Origin: an uncultured Marinosulfonomonas sp. | GTDB taxonomy: Bacteria; Pseudomonadota; Alphaproteobacteria; Rhodobacterales; Rhodobacteraceae | Assembly (NCBI GenBank): GCA_964538015.1 | Contig: CAZIDQ010000001.1 | Coordinates: forward strand, 6,330-70,329 | Direction of reading: 5' to 3' | Length of the DNA: 64,000 nucleotides | Shown: positions 51,016-64,000 of the stretch, in pieces | Numbering within the stretch: the first letter of the stretch is position 1 | Layout: the number at the start of each line of letters is the position of its first letter | The notes under the pieces: model-generated | The model's database searches: none | Told to the model about the DNA's origin: nothing | The model's input: the letters and a program-made list of their open reading frames with translations, nothing else | Made by a program: the position numbers and the translations under genes

Positions 51016-51473
51016 AGCACCGCCCCCCAGTAATCGGGCTTGTTTGGTCCGTCGCCCGCCAGTTCGGGCCATTGGGTTAGCCAGATATCTGCAAACTGGC
51101 CCGCCTTTTGGCCGGATTTCGACAGGCATTCGGCGTTGGCAATGGAATCGATCCAGATGGTTTTGGCCCGCAAAACGTATTTTGCCAGTATCAGGGAAAT
51201 CAGGGCCGGGGCGGATCCGGTTGTGATAACCACGCGCGGGCGCTCCTTTAGCATGATCCACAGCAATTGCGCGCCGGCAATAAAGAAACCCAGTTTCTGT
51301 TTTCGCGACGCCTCGCGGATGGTGTAATAGGTACGGTCCGGCACATCGGTGGCCGAACTGGGGTCAAGACTGACGTAGAAAACATCCATATCATCAAACG
51401 CTGGTCTAAGGCGCAGCAACTGAACCCAGTGGCCGCCACCGGATGCAATGGCCATGATGCGAGAATTGGACAT
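51012..51473 (-). CDS. PssD/Cps14F-like glycosyltransferase subunit (Alg14-like)
   Basis: ASGGGHWVQL, ERPRVVITTGSAP, WIDSIAN and TQWP motifs. Confidence 0.88.
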   Translation of the reverse strand: MSNSRIMAIASGGGHWVQLLRLRPAFDDMDVFYVSLDPSSATDVPDRTYYTIREASRKQKLGFFIAGAQLLWIMLKERPRVVITTGSAPALISLILAKYVLRAKTIWIDSIANAECLSKSGQKAGQFADIWLTQWPELAGDGPNKPDYWGAVL

Positions 51474-51640
51474 CTAAATGCTTAACCTGCGAATTTTGCT
51501 TCTAACGAATAGTCTGTCTTAATGATTGAAACCTATAGCGAAAAATTATGATTCTCCAACCAATTGTTTGGGGTTATGCGCCAGTCTTGGCCTTTTGGAC
51601 TAATAATATAGTTTATCCCGGTTCTGATGTGGGGTTCTGT

Positions 51641-51673
51641 AAAAATCATGCCGCATCACTAAACGCGGCATGA
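51641..51673 (-). terminator. Intrinsic terminator of the small secreted protein gene
   Basis: tcatgccgc/gcggcatga stem preceded by A5 on the + strand (U-tail on the - strand). Confidence 0.7.
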
Positions 51674-51693
51674 CCATTCTTTGAAAAGGCGTG

Positions 51694-51951
51694 TTACTTG
51701 GCGTCGTTCAGGATCTTCTTGATCTGCTGAATTCTGCCCATGCCTTCTTCCTGATTGATGAACGCCTGAATCTGCACGATCTGCGCAAGGCTAAGATTGC
51801 CGATATTGTCAGTCGGCAGGTCCATGGAGCGAAGTTCGTTATACAGCGCCCCCGTCAGCATGTTCAGCTCGTCTTGCATTGCAAAAGAGGCACCGGCCCC
51901 CCCTAGCGACAACATGGCCATCGTGGTGATTGTTGCAATAGTACGTTTCAT
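51694..51951 (-). CDS. Small secreted hypothetical protein
   Basis: AAGGA RBS, Sec signal ending ASFA, about 60-aa helical mature part, own terminator. Confidence 0.75.
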   Translation of the reverse strand: MKRTIATITTMAMLSLGGAGASFAMQDELNMLTGALYNELRSMDLPTDNIGNLSLAQIVQIQAFINQEEGMGRIQQIKKILNDAK

Positions 51952-52427
51952 TGTATTTCCTTTCAGTTGCTTTTCGGAAGGCATTCCGATGACAGCAATT
52001 TGAAGGGGGCACGAAGGATAGTAAAAACACGAAATCAGTCACATAATCGCACCGCAATATGTGTTGACAGATGAATGTTGTGATTAATGAGTGAAGGAAT
52101 AGTGATGAGGAGATTTATGCCCGTAAGCAAATGATATTAATAGATAAAGATATGAAGAAAAGTAAACCGTTGTTTGATCTTTAGTTGGAATATGCGGGGA
52201 AAATCCGAAAACAGTTGCAATGGGAAATTGTTTCACGATTCAATAAATTTGTGCTTCACAAGTGAGTTATTAAAATGGCACTGAAATCGTGACGGGCGGT
52301 CGCGAAAATCTTGCGAAATCACGGGATCGCGAAGAAACCCCAAAACCTGTCCGATCTGAAATTGCATCGGCGACGGTGTTTGCAAATGCACATTGACGGC
52401 TTCATCCCGCCACAGGATCAAAAGCAC

Positions 52428-52454
52428 AAAAAAAGCCCAGAACTGAATCTGGGC
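52428..52454 (-). terminator. Intrinsic terminator of msrB
   Basis: A7 followed by gcccaga-actgaa-tctgggc. Confidence 0.75.
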
Positions 52455-52481
52455 AAAGTGATGTAGAACTTGGGTGGCGGG

Positions 52482-53015
52482 TTAAGCTGATTCTGGCGTG
52501 AACTGTAGGGACGTTCCGTTGATACAGTGCAGCAGTTCGCCATCAACTAGCAGGATATGCCCCATGTGACTGCCGCAGCGGCGGCAGTGAACTTCGATCA
52601 TGGTGAACCGTCCCAGATTATCGACCTCTTTGCCACTTGGGCCACCGTCAATCGAGGTAAGCAGCGAATTGGGTGACGAGTTTTTGAAGAACACCCACCC
52701 TTTATCAAGGATTACTTTCCAGGATGAATCGTAAACTTCCAGATTGCATCCCTGGCAGCTATAGTTCCCTTTATCGGTCGAGGTGGCGTAAGGATGGCTG
52801 TGCGGCTTTTCCGTTTTTCCATCGCGAAGGACGCGATATTCTTCGTCGGTCAACCGTTCGCGCCATTGCTCTTTGCTGCGGGTGATTTCAAATTCGAAGT
52901 TGCCATTGTTACCAGATGCCGCCGAGGCTGTGTTCAGGGCAGGGGTGATCGCAACCGCAGACAGGGCACTGGCCTTTAAGAAGAAGCGGCGCTGTAATGA
53001 GAATTTCCTGGTCAT
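52482..53015 (-). CDS. msrB: Tat-exported peptide-methionine (R)-S-oxide reductase, divergent active site
   Basis: QRRFFLK twin-arginine motif; W..RLT.EEY.VLR..TE, two CxxC motifs, HMGH and HCING. Confidence 0.8.
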   Translation of the reverse strand: MTRKFSLQRRFFLKASALSAVAITPALNTASAASGNNGNFEFEITRSKEQWRERLTDEEYRVLRDGKTEKPHSHPYATSTDKGNYSCQGCNLEVYDSSWKVILDKGWVFFKNSSPNSLLTSIDGGPSGKEVDNLGRFTMIEVHCRRCGSHMGHILLVDGELLHCINGTSLQFTPESA

Positions 53016-53214
53016 TGTTTCGTTCCTTTCTGTAACCGCGATTACAAATTACCGGAACAATCGATATCGGTCTAACCAAGCCTGCGTGAGAAATGCGGGG
53101 ATACTTCTCACTTAAACGGGAGTGAGGCGTGATTTGAGATCGGTGATACTGCGGGGTTGAAAACCCTGCACTAAGCGCGTATCTGCAATCCGATCAAACA
53201 AAGGCAGGCGCTAA

Positions 53215-53412
53215 ATGGCACGCACTAATCCAATCCAGTTTATCCAGCAGGTTCGTGCTGAGATTTCTAAGGTCGTTTGGCCGACTCGTCGCGAAGTGAT
53301 GCTGACGACCATCATGGTTTTCATCATGGCTGCGTTGACCGCAATCTTCTTTTCGCTGGTTGACCTGACAATCCGTTCTGGCCTGACGGCGGTTCTGGGG
53401 ATGTTTGGTTAA
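53215..53412 (+). CDS. secE: Preprotein translocase subunit SecE
   Basis: VRAEISKVVWPTRRE + TM; upstream of nusG. Confidence 0.95.
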   Translation: MARTNPIQFIQQVRAEISKVVWPTRREVMLTTIMVFIMAALTAIFFSLVDLTIRSGLTAVLGMFG

Positions 53413-53599
53413 GATTAATAACTGCCCTTAGCCCTTGAAAAGACTGGGTTTCAGTTGTAGAGCGGGCGGCACTACAATGACAGGCGTGCAGCGATTCGGG
53501 TTGCGCGCTGTTTTTTGTTTTGGATGCGGGCGGGTTAACCGTCTGAAATATTTGGAATTTACCGCGCCTTGGCGCGGCTGGCACAAGGGCTAAGGCAAG

Positions 53600-54133
53600 A
53601 TGGCGAAGCGGTGGTATTCGGTTAGCGTTCTCTCGAATTACGAGAAAAAGATTGCCGAGCAGGTAAAAACTGCTGCGATTGAAGCTGGCCTGGAAGATGA
53701 AATCGAAGAAGTTCTGGTGCCCACCGAAGAGGTGATCGAGGTACGTCGCGGCAAGAAGGTTACGACCGAACGCCGCTTTATGCCCGGTTACATTCTGGTG
53801 CGGATGGAAATGTCGGATCAGGGGTATCACCTGATCAACTCGATCAACCGGGTCACCGGTTTTCTGGGGCCGCAAGGTAAGCCGATGCCGATGCGCGACG
53901 CCGAGGTCAACGCGCTGTTGAACCGCGTCGAGGAAACAGCCGAATCACCACGCACCCTGATCTTTTTCGAAATTGGCGAAAAAGTTGCCGTTGCAGACGG
54001 TCCGTTCGAAGGTTTCGACGGGATGGTCGAAGAGGTGGACGAAGATAACCAGCGCCTGAAGGTGACTGTATCGATCTTTGGCCGGGAAACACCGGTCGAA
54101 CTGGAATTCACGCAGGTCAAAAAAGAGACCTAG
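53600..54133 (+). CDS. nusG: Transcription termination/antitermination factor NusG
   Basis: RWYSV, MPGYILV, KOW motif and IFGRETPVEL. Confidence 0.97.
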   Translation: MAKRWYSVSVLSNYEKKIAEQVKTAAIEAGLEDEIEEVLVPTEEVIEVRRGKKVTTERRFMPGYILVRMEMSDQGYHLINSINRVTGFLGPQGKPMPMRDAEVNALLNRVEETAESPRTLIFFEIGEKVAVADGPFEGFDGMVEEVDEDNQRLKVTVSIFGRETPVELEFTQVKKET

Positions 54134-54142
54134 CGAGAAGCA

Positions 54143-54184
54143 TGTGGGAGGAACGGTGGGCGCGCCTATCGAACCGGACCACGC
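54143..54184 (+). promoter_or_regulatory. Probable L1-binding autoregulatory RNA leader of rplK-rplA
   Basis: GTGGGAG...GGACCAC outer pairing around an inner cggtggg/cctatcg stem upstream of rplK; position matches known L1 feedback sites. Confidence 0.55.
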
Positions 54185-54237
54185 AACCCTAACCCCTGTC
54201 GACGCGTCGGCGGGAATGTTGAAATAGGAGAAGCCTA

Positions 54238-54663
54238 ATGGCTAAAAAACTGGCTGGCACAATGAAGCTGCAAGTGCCTGCAGGTCAAGCAAACCCGTCC
54301 CCCCCCGTGGGTCCGGCGCTTGGTCAGCGTGGCATTAACATCATGGAATTCTGTAAGGCGTTCAACGCCAAGACACAGGATCTGGAGCCCGGTGCACCGT
54401 GCCCGACCGTGATCACATATTATCAGGACAAATCGTTCAGCATGGACATCAAGACGCCGCCTGCGTCTTATTTCCTGCGTAAAGCTGCGAAACTGAAGTC
54501 CGGCGCGAGCCTGCCTGGCCGCGAAACCGTGGCAACTGTTTCTGTCGCTCAGGTGAAAGAAATCGCCGAAGCGAAAATGAAAGACCTGAACGCGAACGAT
54601 ATCGAAGCTGCGATCAAAATCATCATGGGCTCGGCGCGGTCCATGGGCATCGAGGTGAAATAA
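54238..54663 (+). CDS. rplK: 50S ribosomal protein L11
   Basis: [15 protein letters not shown] and GSARSMG motifs. Confidence 0.98.
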   Translation: MAKKLAGTMKLQVPAGQANPSPPVGPALGQRGINIMEFCKAFNAKTQDLEPGAPCPTVITYYQDKSFSMDIKTPPASYFLRKAAKLKSGASLPGRETVATVSVAQVKEIAEAKMKDLNANDIEAAIKIIMGSARSMGIEVK

Positions 54664-54665
54664 TC

Positions 54666-55364
54666 ATGGCTAATCTTGGAAAACGCATCAAGGCAGCCCG
54701 TGAGGCATTCGCCGGTAAAGAAAATCTGACCGTTGAAGAAGCTGTTGCACTGGTCAAAGCCAACGCAACTGCAAAATTCGACGAAACGCTGGAAATCGCG
54801 ATGAACCTGGGTGTTGACCCGCGTCACGCCGACCAGATGGTTCGTGGTGTTATCGGCCTGCCGAACGGCACAGGGAAAACAGTTCGTGTAGCTGTATTTG
54901 CCCGTGACGCCAAAGCAGAAGAAGCCACCAAAGCCGGCGCCGACATCGTTGGTGCCGAGGATCTGATGGAAATCGTCCAAAGCGGCAAGATCGAATTCGA
55001 TCGTTGCATCGCGACCCCCGACATGATGCCAATCGTTGGCCGTCTGGGTAAGGTGCTTGGCCCGCGCAACCTGATGCCGAACCCCAAAGTGGGCACGGTT
55101 ACCATGGATGTGGCTGCTGCGGTTGAAGCTGCCAAGGGTGGCGAAGTTCAGTTCAAAGCGGAAAAAGAAGGCGTTGTTCACGCCGGTATTGGCAAAGCGT
55201 CCTTTGACGAAGCCAAGCTGGTCGAAAACGTACGCGCGTTTATTGACGCTGTTGCCAAAGCGCGCCCATCGGGTGTGAAGGGCTCGTACATGAAGAAGAT
55301 TGTACTTAGCTCGACCATGGGCCCTGGCGTGTCGGTAAGCATCGACAACGCGACCGGTAACTAA
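54666..55364 (+). CDS. rplA: 50S ribosomal protein L1
   Basis: [21 protein letters not shown] and SSTMGPG motifs. Confidence 0.98.
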   Translation: MANLGKRIKAAREAFAGKENLTVEEAVALVKANATAKFDETLEIAMNLGVDPRHADQMVRGVIGLPNGTGKTVRVAVFARDAKAEEATKAGADIVGAEDLMEIVQSGKIEFDRCIATPDMMPIVGRLGKVLGPRNLMPNPKVGTVTMDVAAAVEAAKGGEVQFKAEKEGVVHAGIGKASFDEAKLVENVRAFIDAVAKARPSGVKGSYMKKIVLSSTMGPGVSVSIDNATGN

Positions 55365-55369
55365 GGTTT

Positions 55370-55393
55370 ACGGCGGGGTGAACCCCGCCCTAC
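55370..55393 (-). repeat. GTAG-type REP-like palindrome
   Basis: Minus strand reads GTAG-GGCGGGG-TTCA-CCCCGCC, i.e. GTAG tetranucleotide plus a perfect GC-rich hairpin; single copy in this window. Confidence 0.5.
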
Positions 55394-55446
55394 GAAATTT
55401 GGCAGGCGTTCGCGGCTGCCAGATAGCAGAGCCGAAAGGTTCTGTT

Positions 55447-55510
55447 CTGTCCGAGACGGAGGGCGTGAGCCGGATTTGATCCGGCTTCTGGAAGTCCTTC
55501 CCGAGATGGG
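55447..55510 (+). promoter_or_regulatory. Ribosomal protein L10 leader (rplJL autoregulatory RNA)
   Basis: ctgtccgagacggaggg...ccttcccgagatgg with an internal gccggat/atccggc hairpin upstream of rplJ. Confidence 0.7.
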
Positions 55511-55649
55511 AAACGAGACGAATTTCACGGGGAATATTTCCTCGGGTGATTTTGGCCTCGGGACCCTGAAATTGGACCCGAAACGCCCCACCGATACGGG
55601 GCACAAACTGAGCCGGAAGGGGAAGCCCTTCCATAATTGGAGTGAAACT

Positions 55650-56162
55650 GTGGATAGAGCACAAAAAGAAGCCGTAGTCGCTGAACTCGGCGAAATCTTT
55701 GAAAGCTCTGGCGTTGTAGTGGTTGCCCACTACGCGGGTCTTACAGTTGCGAATATGCAGGATCTGCGCGCGCAAATGCGCGAAGCAGGTGGATCCGTGC
55801 GTGTTGCCAAAAACCGGCTTGCCAAAATCGCCCTTGATGGAAAGCCCTGCGCAAGCATTGCCGACCTTCTGACGGGTATGACCGTTCTAACCTATTCCGA
55901 GGATCCTGTGGCTGCTGCCAAGGTTGCTCAGGCTTTCTCCAAGGAAAACGACAAGTTCGTAATCCTTGGCGGGGCAATGGGTGAGAACGCTCTTGACGTC
56001 GCCGGTGTTAAGGCCGTCGCTGCCATGCCTTCGCGCGAAGAGCTTATCAGCTCGATCGCGGGTTGCATTGGGGCGCCTGCTTCCAACATCGCCGGTGCCA
56101 TTGGCGCGCCTGCAAGCAACATCGCCGGTATCTTGTCTACAATCGAAGACAAGGCTGCCTAA
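55650..56162 (+). CDS. rplJ: 50S ribosomal protein L10
   Basis: GTG start (MDRAQK) after GGAG; [10 protein letters not shown] and MPSREEL motifs. Confidence 0.96.
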   Translation: MDRAQKEAVVAELGEIFESSGVVVVAHYAGLTVANMQDLRAQMREAGGSVRVAKNRLAKIALDGKPCASIADLLTGMTVLTYSEDPVAAAKVAQAFSKENDKFVILGGAMGENALDVAGVKAVAAMPSREELISSIAGCIGAPASNIAGAIGAPASNIAGILSTIEDKAA

Positions 56163-56234
56163 GCAACAAAGTAAGACCGGCGTATGGATACCCCATGACG
56201 TTGGAACACATCTTAAACGAACGGAAACAGTAAA

Positions 56235-56609
56235 ATGGCTGATCTGAAAAAAATGGCTGAAGAGATCGTGGGTCTGACCCTTCTCGAAGCACAAGAACTG
56301 AAAACTATCCTGAAAGACGAGTATGGCATCGAGCCTGCTGCTGGTGGCGCTGTAATGATGGCAGCTGCTGAAGGTGGCGACGCTGGTGGCGAAGCACAAA
56401 CAGAATTTGACGTTGTCATGGTTTCTGCCGGTGCTGCGAAAATCGCTGTCATCAAAGAAGTTCGCGCAATCACGGGCCTGGGCCTGAAAGAAGCGAAAAC
56501 TCTGGTCGAGACTGCTGGCGCCAAAGTCAAAGAAGGCGTTGACCAAGCTGAAGCCGACGAAGTCAAAGCCAAGCTGGAAGCAGCTGGCGCTGAAGTCGAA
56601 GTGAAGTAA
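56235..56609 (+). CDS. rplL: 50S ribosomal protein L7/L12
   Basis: [22 protein letters not shown] and [11 protein letters not shown] motifs. Confidence 0.98.
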   Translation: MADLKKMAEEIVGLTLLEAQELKTILKDEYGIEPAAGGAVMMAAAEGGDAGGEAQTEFDVVMVSAGAAKIAVIKEVRAITGLGLKEAKTLVETAGAKVKEGVDQAEADEVKAKLEAAGAEVEVK

Positions 56610-56652
56610 TTCACAGGCAGGGCGTTTCGGCGGTCTGCTGGTATTAAGATCT

Positions 56653-56727
56653 GGCTGAATCCGGAGAAATCCGGGTTCAGCCGAACCTGTCTTGGAAAGG
56701 GCTTTTGTCCAAAGCCTTTTCCAAGAC
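56653..56727 (+). promoter_or_regulatory. Tandem long hairpins in the rplL-rpoB intergenic region (attenuator/processing element)
   Basis: ggctgaatccgga-gaaa-tccgggttcagcc and gtcttggaaagggcttt-tgtcc-aaagccttttccaagac. Confidence 0.6.
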
Positions 56728-56859
56728 TTGGTTCAAGGTACGAGAGCAGGCCAATGGGAGGCTTGCGAGAATAGACCGTGATCCAGTTGCATGTGCGGCG
56801 CGTTGCTGTGGCCCAGACAGCCTGCGCACCCGCGAGCAAATTGAAAGGCGACAATACAA

Positions 56860-59800
56860 ATGGCGCAATCTTATCTTGGCCAAAAGCGGCTTCGTAAATA
56901 TTACGGCAAGATCCGTGAAGTTCTGGAAATGCCGAACCTGATTCAGGTTCAGAAATCTTCCTATGAACTGTTCCTGAAGTCCGGCGACCAGCTGGCACCG
57001 ATGGACGGCGAAGGCATCAACGGCGTTTTCCAGTCGGTTTTCCCGATCAAGGATTTCAACGAAACAGCCATTCTGGAATTCGTGAAATACGATCTGGAAA
57101 AGCCCAAATACGATGTCGAAGAATGTCAGCAACGCGACATGACCTATTCAGCCCCGCTGAAGGTAACTCTGCGTCTGATCGTATTTGATATCGACGAAGA
57201 TACAGGCGCCAAATCGGTTAAAGACATCAAAGAACAAGACGTGTTCATGGGCGACATGCCCCTGATGACGCCGAACGGCACATTCGTCGTGAACGGCACT
57301 GAACGTGTTATCGTTTCGCAGATGCACCGTTCGCCCGGTGTATTCTTTGACCACGACAAGGGTAAAACCCATTCGTCCGGGAAACTGCTGTTCACCTGCC
57401 GCATCATTCCCTATCGCGGTTCGTGGTTGGATTTCGAATTTGATGCCAAAGACATCGTTTTCGCCCGCATCGACCGTCGTCGCAAACTGCCTGTAACCAC
57501 CCTGCTGTATGCGCTGGGTCTGGATCAGGAAGGCATCATGGATGCCTATTACGACACTGTTGATTTCAAACTGAAGAAGAACAAGGGCTGGGTCACCAAG
57601 TTCTTCCCTGACCGTGTGCGCGGCACGCGCCCTGTTTACGATCTGGTGGATGCCAAATCGGGCAAGGTGATTGCCGAAGCCGGTAAAAAAGTGACACCGC
57701 GCGCGGTGAAGAAACTGATCGACGAAGGCAAGGTCTCCAACCTGTTGCTGCCGTTTGACCAGATTTTGGGTAAATTTGTTGCCAAGGACATCATCAACGA
57801 AGAAACCGGTGCGATTTACGTCGAAGCCGGTGACGAGTTGACGCTGGAACTGGATAAGGCTGGCGAAGTGACCGGCGGCACATTGCAGGACCTTCTGGAT
57901 GCCGGCATCACCGACATTCCGGTTCTGGATATCGACAACATCAATGTTGGCCCCTACATCCGCAACACTTTGGCTGTAGACAAAAACATGGGTCGCGACA
58001 CCGCGCTGATGGATATCTATCGCGTGATGCGCCCCGGCGAACCGCCCACCGTTGAATCCGCATCGGCCCTGTTTGACACGCTGTTCTTTGATAGCGAGCG
58101 TTATGACCTGTCTGCCGTTGGCCGCGTGAAAATGAACATGCGTCTGGCACTGGATGCCGAAGATACCCAGCGCACCCTGCGCCGCGAAGACATCATTGCC
58201 TGCATCAAGGCGCTGGTTGAGCTGCGCGACGGCAAGGGTCAGATTGATGATATTGACCACCTTGGAAACCGCCGCGTTCGTTCGGTTGGCGAGCTGATGG
58301 AAAACCAGTATCGCGTTGGTCTGCTGCGCATGGAGCGCGCGATCAAAGAGCGTATGTCGTCGGTCGAAATCGACACGGTGATGCCGCAAGATCTGATCAA
58401 CGCCAAACCGGCTGCTGCTGCGGTTCGCGAATTCTTCGGCTCGTCGCAGCTGTCGCAGTTCATGGACCAAACCAACCCGCTGTCCGAGGTGACGCACAAA
58501 CGTCGCCTGTCCGCGCTTGGGCCAGGTGGTCTGACCCGCGAACGTGCTGGCTTTGAGGTGCGCGATGTGCATCCAACCCACTATGGTCGTATGTGTCCGA
58601 TTGAAACGCCCGAGGGTCCGAACATTGGTCTGATCAACAGCTTGGCGACATTCGCGCGTGTGAACAAATACGGCTTTATCGAAACCCCGTATCGCAAGGT
58701 TGTCGATGCACAGGTGACGGACGAAGTGCAATACATGTCCGCGACCGAGGAAATGCGTCACACCGTGGCGCAGGCCAACGCGCATCTGGATGGTGAAGGC
58801 CGGTTTGAAAATGATCTGGTGTCCAGCCGCAAATCCGGCGACTACCTGCTCAGCCCGCGTGAAAACGTGGACCTGATCGACGTTAGCCCGAAACAGCTGG
58901 TGTCGGTTGCGGCATCGCTGATTCCGTTCCTTGAAAACGATGACGCCAACCGCGCCCTGATGGGCTCGAACATGATGCGTCAGGCTGTGCCGCTGCTGCG
59001 GGCCGAAGCGCCTTTGGTTGGCACAGGGATCGAAGAAGTCGTTGCACGCGATTCGGGTGCTGCCATCATGGCCCGTCGTGGTGGTGTGATTGACCAAGTC
59101 GACGCAAACCGCATCGTTATCCGCGCAACCGAAGATCTGGAAATCGGTGATCCGGGCGTGGATATCTACCGTCTGCGCAAATTCCAGCGGTCCAACCAGA
59201 ACACCTGCATCAACCAGCGCCCGCTGATCAAAGTGGGTGACAAGGTTGGCAAAGGCGAAGTGATTGCCGATGGCCCGTCCACCGATCTGGGCGAACTGGC
59301 ACTGGGCAAGAACATCATGGTCGCGTTTATGCCGTGGAATGGCTACAACTATGAGGACTCGATCCTGATTTCCGAACGCATTGTTCGTGATGACGTGTTC
59401 ACCTCGGTTCACATCGAGGAATTCGAAGTCGCCGCGCGTGATACCAAGCTAGGCCCCGAGGAAATTACCCGCGACATCCCGAACGTTGGCGAAGAAGCCC
59501 TGCGTAATCTGGACGAAGCCGGTATCGTTTACATTGGCGCCGAAGTTCAGCCGGGCGATATTCTGGTTGGTAAAATCACCCCCAAGGGCGAAAGCCCGAT
59601 GACACCCGAAGAAAAACTTCTGCGGGCCATCTTTGGTGAAAAAGCATCGGACGTTCGCGATACATCTCTGCGGGTTAAACCCGGTGATTTCGGCACGATC
59701 GTCGAGGTTCGCGTGTTTAACCGCCACGGTGTAGAAAAAGACGAACGCGCCCTGCAGATCGAGCGGGAAGAGGTTGAGAGCCTTGCCCGCGATCGTGACG

Positions 59801-60996
59801 ATGAATTGGGCATTCTGGACCGCAACACTTATGCGCGCCTGAAAGGCATGATTTTGGGCAAAGTGGCTGTGAAAGGCCCCAAAGGCGTAAAACCCAAGTC
59901 GGAAATCACCGAAGAGCTGTTGGACATGCTGTCCAAGGGTCAGTGGTGGCAACTGGCACTGGGCGACGAAAAAGACGCCGCCGAGGTTGAAGCCCTGAAC
60001 GAGCAATACGAGGCGCAAAAACGCGTGTTGGATGCCCGTTTTGAAGACAAGGTCGAAAAGGTTCGCCGTGGCGATGATCTGCCTCCGGGTGTGATGAAAA
60101 TGGTCAAGGTGTTCATCGCGGTCAAGCGCAAGCTACAGCCGGGTGATAAAATGGCCGGTCGCCACGGGAACAAGGGTGTTATTTCCCGCGTTGTTCCTAT
60201 GGAGGACATGCCGTTCCTTGCCGATGGGACACCGGTTGATTTCTGTCTGAACCCGCTGGGTGTGCCTTCGCGTATGAACGTTGGGCAGATTTTGGAAACG
60301 CACATGGGTTGGGCCGCACGCGGTCTGGGTCTGGAAATTGACGAGGCGCTGCAAGGCTATCGTCGGTCCGGTGATCTGACGCCTGTACGTGATGCGATGA
60401 AAGTTGCCTATGGCGATGATGTCTATGACGAGGGCATCAAAGACATGGACGATGACCAGCTGGTCACAGCGGCTAGCAACGTTACGAATGGTGTGCCGAT
60501 TGCTACGCCAGTTTTCGATGGTGCCAAAGAAGAAGACGTTAACGATGCGTTGAAACGCGCGGGCTTTAGCACTTCGGGTCAGTCGATCCTTTATGACGGC
60601 CGCACAGGCGAGCAGTTCGCGCGCCCTGTTACGGTTGGCATGAAGTACCTGCTGAAACTGCATCACCTTGTGGATGACAAAATTCACGCGCGCTCGACCG
60701 GTCCTTACAGCCTTGTCACGCAGCAGCCTCTGGGTGGTAAAGCCCAGTTCGGCGGTCAGCGTTTCGGGGAAATGGAAGTCTGGGCACTGGAAGCATATGG
60801 TGCGGCGTATACGCTGCAGGAAATGCTGACAGTCAAGTCGGATGACGTTGCAGGCCGGACCAAAGTTTACGAAAGCATCGTCAAAGGCGAAGATAACTTC
60901 GAAGCCGGCGTGCCCGAAAGCTTTAACGTGCTGGTAAAAGAGGTCCGCGGTTTGGGCCTGAACATGGAACTCCTGGATGCGGAGGGTGAGGATTAA
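56860..60996 (+). CDS. rpoB: DNA-directed RNA polymerase subunit beta
   Basis: 1378 aa; [38 protein letters not shown] and GGQRFGEME motifs. Confidence 0.99.
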   Translation: MAQSYLGQKRLRKYYGKIREVLEMPNLIQVQKSSYELFLKSGDQLAPMDGEGINGVFQSVFPIKDFNETAILEFVKYDLEKPKYDVEECQQRDMTYSAPLKVTLRLIVFDIDEDTGAKSVKDIKEQDVFMGDMPLMTPNGTFVVNGTERVIVSQMHRSPGVFFDHDKGKTHSSGKLLFTCRIIPYRGSWLDFEFDAKDIVFARIDRRRKLPVTTLLYALGLDQEGIMDAYYDTVDFKLKKNKGWVTKFFPDRVRGTRPVYDLVDAKSGKVIAEAGKKVTPRAVKKLIDEGKVSNLLLPFDQILGKFVAKDIINEETGAIYVEAGDELTLELDKAGEVTGGTLQDLLDAGITDIPVLDIDNINVGPYIRNTLAVDKNMGRDTALMDIYRVMRPGEPPTVESASALFDTLFFDSERYDLSAVGRVKMNMRLALDAEDTQRTLRREDIIACIKALVELRDGKGQIDDIDHLGNRRVRSVGELMENQYRVGLLRMERAIKERMSSVEIDTVMPQDLINAKPAAAAVREFFGSSQLSQFMDQTNPLSEVTHKRRLSALGPGGLTRERAGFEVRDVHPTHYGRMCPIETPEGPNIGLINSLATFARVNKYGFIETPYRKVVDAQVTDEVQYMSATEEMRHTVAQANAHLDGEGRFENDLVSSRKSGDYLLSPRENVDLIDVSPKQLVSVAASLIPFLENDDANRALMGSNMMRQAVPLLRAEAPLVGTGIEEVVARDSGAAIMARRGGVIDQVDANRIVIRATEDLEIGDPGVDIYRLRKFQRSNQNTCINQRPLIKVGDKVGKGEVIADGPSTDLGELALGKNIMVAFMPWNGYNYEDSILISERIVRDDVFTSVHIEEFEVAARDTKLGPEEITRDIPNVGEEALRNLDEAGIVYIGAEVQPGDILVGKITPKGESPMTPEEKLLRAIFGEKASDVRDTSLRVKPGDFGTIVEVRVFNRHGVEKDERALQIEREEVESLARDRDDELGILDRNTYARLKGMILGKVAVKGPKGVKPKSEITEELLDMLSKGQWWQLALGDEKDAAEVEALNEQYEAQKRVLDARFEDKVEKVRRGDDLPPGVMKMVKVFIAVKRKLQPGDKMAGRHGNKGVISRVVPMEDMPFLADGTPVDFCLNPLGVPSRMNVGQILETHMGWAARGLGLEIDEALQGYRRSGDLTPVRDAMKVAYGDDVYDEGIKDMDDDQLVTAASNVTNGVPIATPVFDGAKEEDVNDALKRAGFSTSGQSILYDGRTGEQFARPVTVGMKYLLKLHHLVDDKIHARSTGPYSLVTQQPLGGKAQFGGQRFGEMEVWALEAYGAAYTLQEMLTVKSDDVAGRTKVYESIVKGEDNFEAGVPESFNVLVKEVRGLGLNMELLDAEGED

Positions 60997-61041
60997 GGGG
61001 CCAACACCCCAATCCCCCCACCCATCTGCAACCCAATTTGA

Positions 61042-64000
<2,959 letters not shown>

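Noticed and set aside
55476-55649. N-terminal extension of RplJ in the ORF track
   Set aside because: This is the L10 leader RNA; the true start is GTG 55650 with an RBS.
56213-56998. 261-aa and 219-aa minus-strand ORFs over rplJ/rplL
   Set aside because: Antisense to highly conserved ribosomal protein genes.
57148-59412. 754-aa minus-strand ORF
   Set aside because: Antisense shadow of rpoB caused by codon bias; no recognisable motifs.

Overview
Alphaproteobacterial chromosome segment; gene content and order point to Rhodobacterales (roseobacter group). About 1.3-21.2 kb and 33.8-51.5 kb form two blocks of a large surface-glycan/exopolysaccharide locus. These hold rmlCB(acyltransferase)DA, an orphan TadE/TadG pair, two AT3 acyltransferases, a Wzy/O-antigen-ligase-like protein and a PglK-type ABC exporter. 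They also hold a sulfotransferase, three FemAB/GNAT enzymes, a polysaccharide deacetylase, four GT2s, a DegT aminotransferase, a split Wzc and an ExeA-like ATPase. The right block ends with a beta-helix protein, a priming glycosyltransferase, a TPR lipoprotein, exosortase XrtD with a VPLPA-CTERM substrate, an adjacent rhomboid protease, and PssD/PssE with an oxidoreductase pair. Between the blocks lie a glycerol uptake/oxidation cluster (glpD, glpR, ABC transporter, no glpK), a BlaI/M56 pair without a sensor domain, a GNAT, an MBL hydrolase and a truncated gene remnant. The window ends with a small secreted protein, an atypical Tat-exported MsrB and the core secE-nusG-rplKAJL-rpoB-rpoC cluster (rpoC runs off the end). 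All family calls come from motif recognition, not database searches.
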